64,000 nucleotides of DNA, taken from the NCBI GenBank assembly GCA_021162805.1, contig JAGGXZ010000185.1, forward strand, positions 3,064 to 67,063, read 5' to 3'. Positions 59,702 to 64,000 of this stretch are shown in pieces. This DNA comes from Candidatus Poribacteria bacterium. Its GTDB lineage: Bacteria > Poribacteria > WGA-4E > B28-G17. The notes under the pieces were generated by a model that was given only the letters and a program-made list of their open reading frames with translations, had not been told where the DNA came from and did not search any database. How positions within the stretch are numbered: the first letter of the stretch is position 1; each line of letters starts with the position of its first letter. The translations under genes were made by a program, and so were the position numbers.

Positions 59702-60841
59702 TCATCTCGACGGTCGAACGCCGACCGGAGCCTCGGATCTGCCCTTCAACTCGCTCAACTTCAGATAAGCCTTCTCAGCTATATCTCTGCCAGGAGCGAA
59801 ATCGATACCCACGGCCTTTTGATATGAGCTCAGGGCGGATGATATTTGCCCTTTGCTCAGCTTTTCATCCCCATCTCTGAGATCTTTTAAAAGCTCCTCT
59901 ATCTCACCTAGATATTTAGCGAGACGGCGGTAGTTGTTCAACGATATGGCCTTTGCCCTCTCCTTCTCCGCCCTGTATTGTCTCATCGCCTCAGCGTAGG
60001 TTTTGAGGGCCTCAAAATGGCGTCCCGACTGCGACAGTGAATCGGCCTTCTCCAGGGTTGACAAGATCTTCTGGCTGGGGGGGGACTCCTTGAAGAGTCT
60101 CTTCAGGAGCTTCTTCGCCCTCTCGATCATCTGAGCGCTCTTCCGATCTATCGCTTCGCGCAGGTTATCCTGGAACATCCTCGTTAACCTCTCGTAATCT
60201 TTTACGGCCTGCGAGATCTGATTTAACTTCTCCCGGCATATCGCCCTGCTGAGGGTCACTTCCGCCAACACGAACTCGTACTCCGGCAATCCCCTGAACT
60301 TCCCGTATCTGCTCTCATCGTATTCGCGCACGGCCTTCTCCAAATCTCCCTTCTGTTCATAGCATTTTCCTACCGCCTGCTGAGCATATAATCCGAAAAG
60401 GGAATCGCTTTTTTCGGCCAGATCTTTGAACTCCTTGAGCGCCCGATCGTATTCGCCGAGTTGGAAACTGCTTTTAGCGACGTAGAAGGCGGCCTTATCG
60501 GCATACGAGGAACCTTTATATTTCCGGATGATCACCTTGAACTTCCTCCTCGCCTCCTTATATTTATCCGCTGCCTCCTTCATTTTATCCTGATCCGCCC
60601 AATCGTCCTCCGCTTCTTGGAAGAGCTTCATCGCCTCGCCGAACTGAATTGACGCTTTTGTCTCAGCCTTCTGTCTCATATAGGCATAGGTGCCGGCAGC
60701 TATGAGGACCACCAGCACCGCCGCCACGGCTATCAGTATAAGCTGGAGGTTACGCTTGAGGAAGGCGTAAACCTCCGCCATGGTTTCGATAAACTTATCC
60801 TCCTTGAGATCACGCCTATCGATTCTTTCGGCTCTGGCCAT
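59702..60841 (-). CDS. Membrane-anchored TPR-like protein
   Basis: N-terminal TM LQLILIAVAAVLVVLIAAGTY followed by TPR-like helical repeats. Confidence 0.55.
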   Translation of the reverse strand: MARAERIDRRDLKEDKFIETMAEVYAFLKRNLQLILIAVAAVLVVLIAAGTYAYMRQKAETKASIQFGEAMKLFQEAEDDWADQDKMKEAADKYKEARRKFKVIIRKYKGSSYADKAAFYVAKSSFQLGEYDRALKEFKDLAEKSDSLFGLYAQQAVGKCYEQKGDLEKAVREYDESRYGKFRGLPEYEFVLAEVTLSRAICREKLNQISQAVKDYERLTRMFQDNLREAIDRKSAQMIERAKKLLKRLFKESPPSQKILSTLEKADSLSQSGRHFEALKTYAEAMRQYRAEKERAKAISLNNYRRLAKYLGEIEELLKDLRDGDEKLSKGQISSALSSYQKAVGIDFAPGRDIAEKAYLKLSELKGRSEAPVGVRPSR

Positions 60842-60857
60842 ATCACTCCCCTTTCAT

Positions 60858-61082
60858 CTACCTGCATCCGGCGCAGCTAGTTCGGCTGCAGGAGCTGCAT
60901 GAAGATGCGTTATACTGACCGGTTTTGATCTTTCCCCCTGAGGAGAAACCGAAAAGGGAGAGTTTCCTTTCGACCTCACCGCTTTCACATTCAGGACATC
61001 GGACCGATTTCGAGTTAAGTGAGGAAAGAAGCTCCTCAAAATCAAGTCCACAGTTCTTACAATGGAACTCGTATATCGGCAT
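60858..61082 (-). CDS. FmdB-family zinc-ribbon protein
   Basis: MPIYEFHCKNCG...RCPECES CxxC-X-CxxC; Ser/Cys-rich tail. Confidence 0.6.
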   Translation of the reverse strand: MPIYEFHCKNCGLDFEELLSSLNSKSVRCPECESGEVERKLSLFGFSSGGKIKTGQYNASSCSSCSRTSCAGCR

Positions 61083-61097
61083 GGTATCACCCGTCCA

Positions 61098-61128
61098 ATA
61101 AAAATAAAGCCCCTTTTCAACTAGGGGC
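61098..61128 (-). terminator. Rho-independent terminator after tRNA-Gly (GCCCCT-loop-AGGGGC + TTTATTTTTATT on minus strand)
   Basis: 6-bp GC stem, 8-nt loop, long T-tract. Confidence 0.45.
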
Positions 61129-61133
61129 GATAA

Positions 61134-61206
61134 AAGCGGGCAACGGGATTCGAACCCGCGACCCTCAGCTTGGGAAGCTGACGCTCTACCACTGAGCTAT
61201 GCCCGC
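61134..61206 (-). tRNA. tRNA-Gly (anticodon CCC)
   Basis: Cloverleaf folds by hand: acceptor GCGGGCA/TGCCCGC, D-stem GCTC/GAGC, anticodon stem TCAGC/GCTGA with loop TTCCCAA, T-arm GCGGG-TTCGAAT-CCCGT; no encoded CCA. Confidence 0.8.
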
Positions 61207-61228
61207 GTGAAATTCAATTGACATAAAA

Positions 61229-61258
61229 ATTATACTAGACCCCCCAATAGGTGTCAAG
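61229..61258 (-). promoter_or_regulatory. Sigma-70-type promoter for tRNA-Gly (TTGACA-18-TATAAT on minus strand)
   Basis: Read from reverse complement; -10 ends about 22 nt before mature tRNA 5' end. Confidence 0.4.
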
Positions 61259-61373
61259 TGAACATCTGAGGGCAGGGCTTTTCAATGATTGTATGATTTA
61301 GTATACCATCACAGAAGCCACCAGAAAACGAGGTGATTCAGGTGACAAACCAAGACCTGCTTCATGGGGGATT

Positions 61374-61915
61374 GTGATTGGACGCAAGACTCCAGACACA
61401 AGATTCCAGAGAGGTGAGGAATCATTGAAGCAGCCGCACCCTTTAGGGTGCGTTAAATCGCAGGCTAAAGCCTGCGGCTACGGGGATTGCGCTAAAGCGT
61501 TGAAAACCCCTAGATGCGGGGCATGGAAGATGAAAAATCTGATCCAATCATGGCAAAACTACCTTCTCACACAGGGGGATTGGGAAGTCAGGAGGTATGG
61601 CGGATACACACCCCCGGCTGCCGATATAACAGCATTCTTCAGGCCAAAGCTGAAAGGGAAGATAGGCAAGTTCTTCCATCACATAGCAAACAAAGCCATG
61701 AGGGGGATAGGAATTGGCCTTATTGTGATGGTGGTAGAGGTTGAAGGGAGGAGGATACCTCTCATCAGAGAGATACTGCCTGCAGAAGGTGATATGAGCC
61801 AGGCTCAGCTGAAGGAGAAGCTTCTCACTTTGGTCTCATCCTCAGAACTTTGTTGTGTTTGGACACCTTGCTGTTACCTCCTTGAAGTTGCCACGCCGAG
61901 CATGTGCTGTGGTTG
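61374..61915 (+). CDS. Hypothetical ORF inside element, beginning within the left inverted repeat (possible remnant of a transposition protein)
   Basis: Only the non-overlapping 5' part of track ORF 61374..62063; no family recognised. Confidence 0.2.
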
Positions 61916-63244
61916 TTATTCGCCGGTGGATAATCGCCACAGCAGCAGGGAACAAGGGCCTGGGTCTTGCTGCAACTTCTCCGGGTTGTATACATCGGAC
62001 ATCACGTACATCACGCCGGGCACTGTTACCGAACCCTGGCACGGATTGGGTGTCATCACATAACTGCTTGCCTGGTAGCCAAGTTCCAGCGGGTCCATCC
62101 CTGCAACCGGTTCAGCAACCACTTTCTCGCCCCCCAGGATGTCCCCCTCCCAGGCCTGAAGCTTGCCCATTGAGGGATTGTTTATGAACACCGAGCGCGT
62201 GGGGGAGATGTACTGCCACTTGCCGGCGTTGCTGTACCCCCTGGCAGTCGGCACCTCGTTTACCAGCCTCAGCTTGCGGGTTGTAAGATCATATACCAGG
62301 AAATCATGGCGCCACGGGCCATCCTTGGGGGACATGTTGTGGTAGATGAGGAGGTGTTGCCAGTCCCCCGGCCGCACCGGGCGCATATCATATGACAGAT
62401 AACGCCCATCCACTGCATCAGCCGGTAGTTCCTCTTCATGCAATATATTGCCCTGCCAGTCCAAGTGTATCAGCCGGCTTGTCGCGTGTTCGTGCACATC
62501 CCACACGTTGCCTACCACCACTACCCCGGCCTCGGTCGCGGCAACCAGGGGATAGAAGAAGGCGAACGGCTCATGGTACTTGATCGGTTTGTCGAAGCGA
62601 AAGTCTAGCCCCTGCCGGTGTCCGTAGAAGATAAGCGGCGTATTGAACGGAACGCTGCCGTCTTCCGATATCGCCAGGATGACGAGAGCTGCCCGCTGTC
62701 CATCGGCTGTCACCGCTGCATTCATGCGCAGGTGAAACTGGTTGTACGGCGGCACTTGGGGGATTAACTCGGTCCGCTCGACCCACTCAGTCACGTCCTC
62801 GGGCCGGGCGCTGCGATAGTACCGCAGCGTCCCGTACCCATAGCGCGGATTGTCTGTGTGGTGGTTGATGCCCAAAATAACATGCAAGTACCCGTCGGGC
62901 GTGCGCATCAACAGCGGCTCGTTTCCCCCGTACGCCCCCGGTTCCTTAATGGAGAACGCATGTACTGCCGGTACACCGTCCGTACCCGGCAGGGGAAATT
63001 GTCCTACCAGTTGAGTAAGAAATCTCTTTTCGCCGTTATCGGCTGTTTCCCACTCGTTGAGGGTGGCAGCCCAGAAAACATGCCGCTGGCCTTGCAGTAC
63101 GTAGCTGAACGTATGCCCGCCCCACTGGGATGCCACGTTGGAGTGCAGTACAACTGGCCCTCCGACGCACCTTACCTGCGCGCTTACCCCTTCAAGCAAG
63201 GCGAATAAGAGGAACGCCATGAAAAGGCAGGTTTGAATTTTCAT
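61916..63244 (-). CDS. Secreted hypothetical protein (442 aa) carried as cargo inside the inverted-repeat-bounded element
   Basis: Signal peptide MKIQTCLFMAFLLFALLEGVSAQ; long clean ORF. Confidence 0.55.
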   Translation of the reverse strand: MKIQTCLFMAFLLFALLEGVSAQVRCVGGPVVLHSNVASQWGGHTFSYVLQGQRHVFWAATLNEWETADNGEKRFLTQLVGQFPLPGTDGVPAVHAFSIKEPGAYGGNEPLLMRTPDGYLHVILGINHHTDNPRYGYGTLRYYRSARPEDVTEWVERTELIPQVPPYNQFHLRMNAAVTADGQRAALVILAISEDGSVPFNTPLIFYGHRQGLDFRFDKPIKYHEPFAFFYPLVAATEAGVVVVGNVWDVHEHATSRLIHLDWQGNILHEEELPADAVDGRYLSYDMRPVRPGDWQHLLIYHNMSPKDGPWRHDFLVYDLTTRKLRLVNEVPTARGYSNAGKWQYISPTRSVFINNPSMGKLQAWEGDILGGEKVVAEPVAGMDPLELGYQASSYVMTPNPCQGSVTVPGVMYVMSDVYNPEKLQQDPGPCSLLLWRLSTGE

Positions 63245-63838
63245 ATCGATTCACCCCCTCTTTATGTGCTGTCAGATATTTTTTCATCGGCGCAATTATA
63301 CAACAAAAGTTGGTTCTTCGCCATAAATTGTGATAAAAGGTCAAGCTTGAAAAGCAACTGGGAACCGCCTATACTCTCTTTAGGTTGCAAAACCACGAGA
63401 GGAGGCGAGTTCCCAGATGCGAAACAATTGTATCACAATTTCGCTTGATTTGCGACAGGCCTATGGGTATCGTGACTTTGAGCATTTCCGACTCCGAATC
63501 CTGACCCTGGCAGCGTAAGCCATCTCAGTGCACACTTGAGACTCGGCCTAGGTCATATCTCCCCTATGATGCGGATCTTGGCCGGCATCAGACACAAGAC
63601 CCTAGACTCAAGATTCTCACAACCAACTTCTAACCTCTGGGTCTTGATTCGTCATACCAATCTGGAGTCTTGTGTTCAGAGTCTTGTATCTGATCGCAAT
63701 CCCCCATGAAGCGGGTCTTGGTTTGTCACCTGAATCACCTCGCTTCCTGATTGAAAAGCCCTACTACAAATCCTTGACGGTGTGAGGAAGGCTGTGTTAA
63801 GATTAGTGGCGGAAAAATTTCGTCTCGGCGGTGTCAAC

Positions 63839-64000
63839 ATGTCCGAACTCAGATGGCATCCGATTCTCGAGGAATGGGTGATCGTCTCAACTCATAGGCA
63901 GAAACGCACCTTTATGCCGCGTAGGGAGGAATGTCCCCTTTGCCCAGGAGGGGTGGAGATACCTGATGATTTCGACATCGTGGTCTTTGAAAACCGGTTT
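63839..64000 (+). CDS. galT: Galactose-1-phosphate uridylyltransferase (HIT-type), N-terminal fragment running off window
   Basis: MSELRWHPILEEWVIVSTHRQKRTF...CPLCPG...FDIVVFENRF matches GalT N-terminus. Confidence 0.55.
   Translation, partial: MSELRWHPILEEWVIVSTHRQKRTFMPRREECPLCPGGVEIPDDFDIVVFENRF

Larger units (their letters stand above)
61274..63762. mobile_element. About 2.5 kb element bounded by long imperfect terminal inverted repeats (45 bp near-perfect core plus about 60 bp of degenerate subterminal GTCTTG-type repeats); no recognisable transposase
   Basis: 61341..61385 reverse-complement matches 63697..63741 with 1 mismatch; similarity extends outward to AGGGCTTTTCAAT/ATTGAAAAGCCCT and inward through repeated (A/G)GTCTTG motifs. 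Confidence 0.5.

Noticed and set aside
61374-62063. Full 229-aa plus-strand ORF as an intact transposase
   Set aside because: The 3' third overlaps the well-supported secreted-protein gene and turns Cys/low-complexity there, and no DDE/HUH/Tyr/Ser recombinase motifs were recognisable. Only the non-overlapping 5' part was kept, as a low-confidence ORF.

Overview
This is a 64 kb stretch of bacterial chromosome with moderately high GC, about 60 protein genes and one tRNA. The main blocks are:

(i) K+ channel/TrkA genes followed by a PAS-containing sigma-54 activator.

(ii) A sulfated-glycan/glycolipid-type catabolic neighbourhood: two sulfatases, a neutral-ceramidase-like protein, an FGGY (xylulo)kinase, ThuA, two xylose-isomerase-like TIM barrels, a Cof HAD hydrolase, a URO-D-like protein and a MATE exporter.

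(iii) A large secreted tripartite protein combining a gluzincin HExxH domain, a TolB-like beta-propeller and an Omp85-like barrel, followed by UPF0182 and an HD hydrolase.

(iv) The conserved rpsB-tsf-pyrH-frr-uppS-cdsA-dxr-rseP cluster, with a methyltransferase plus PD-(D/E)XK nuclease pair wedged between cdsA and dxr and translationally coupled to both.

(v) htrA and two tandem hsp20 genes with palindromic upstream elements.

(vi) An ABC ATPase, a possible PhoPQ-related alpha/beta-hydrolase-like protein (tentative), an ICMT-family methyltransferase and a TauE/SafE exporter.

(vii) A minus-strand operon of MBL hydrolases, a hybrid GAF/PAS histidine kinase and a DinG-like helicase.

(viii) A secreted protein with an extreme Tyr/Arg-rich, Arg/Ser-rich and acidic tail.

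(ix) A TPR/WD40 cluster with an FmdB zinc ribbon.

(x) tRNA-Gly(CCC) followed by a ~2.5 kb element bounded by long imperfect terminal inverted repeats, carrying a secreted protein and no recognisable transposase, then the start of galT.

Three recurring non-genic signals stand out. Three unrelated secreted jelly-roll proteins share a C-terminal KDKLATTWGxIK motif. A modular intergenic repeat family appears at three loci. A GTCATTT heptamer array lies beside the sigma-54 activator.
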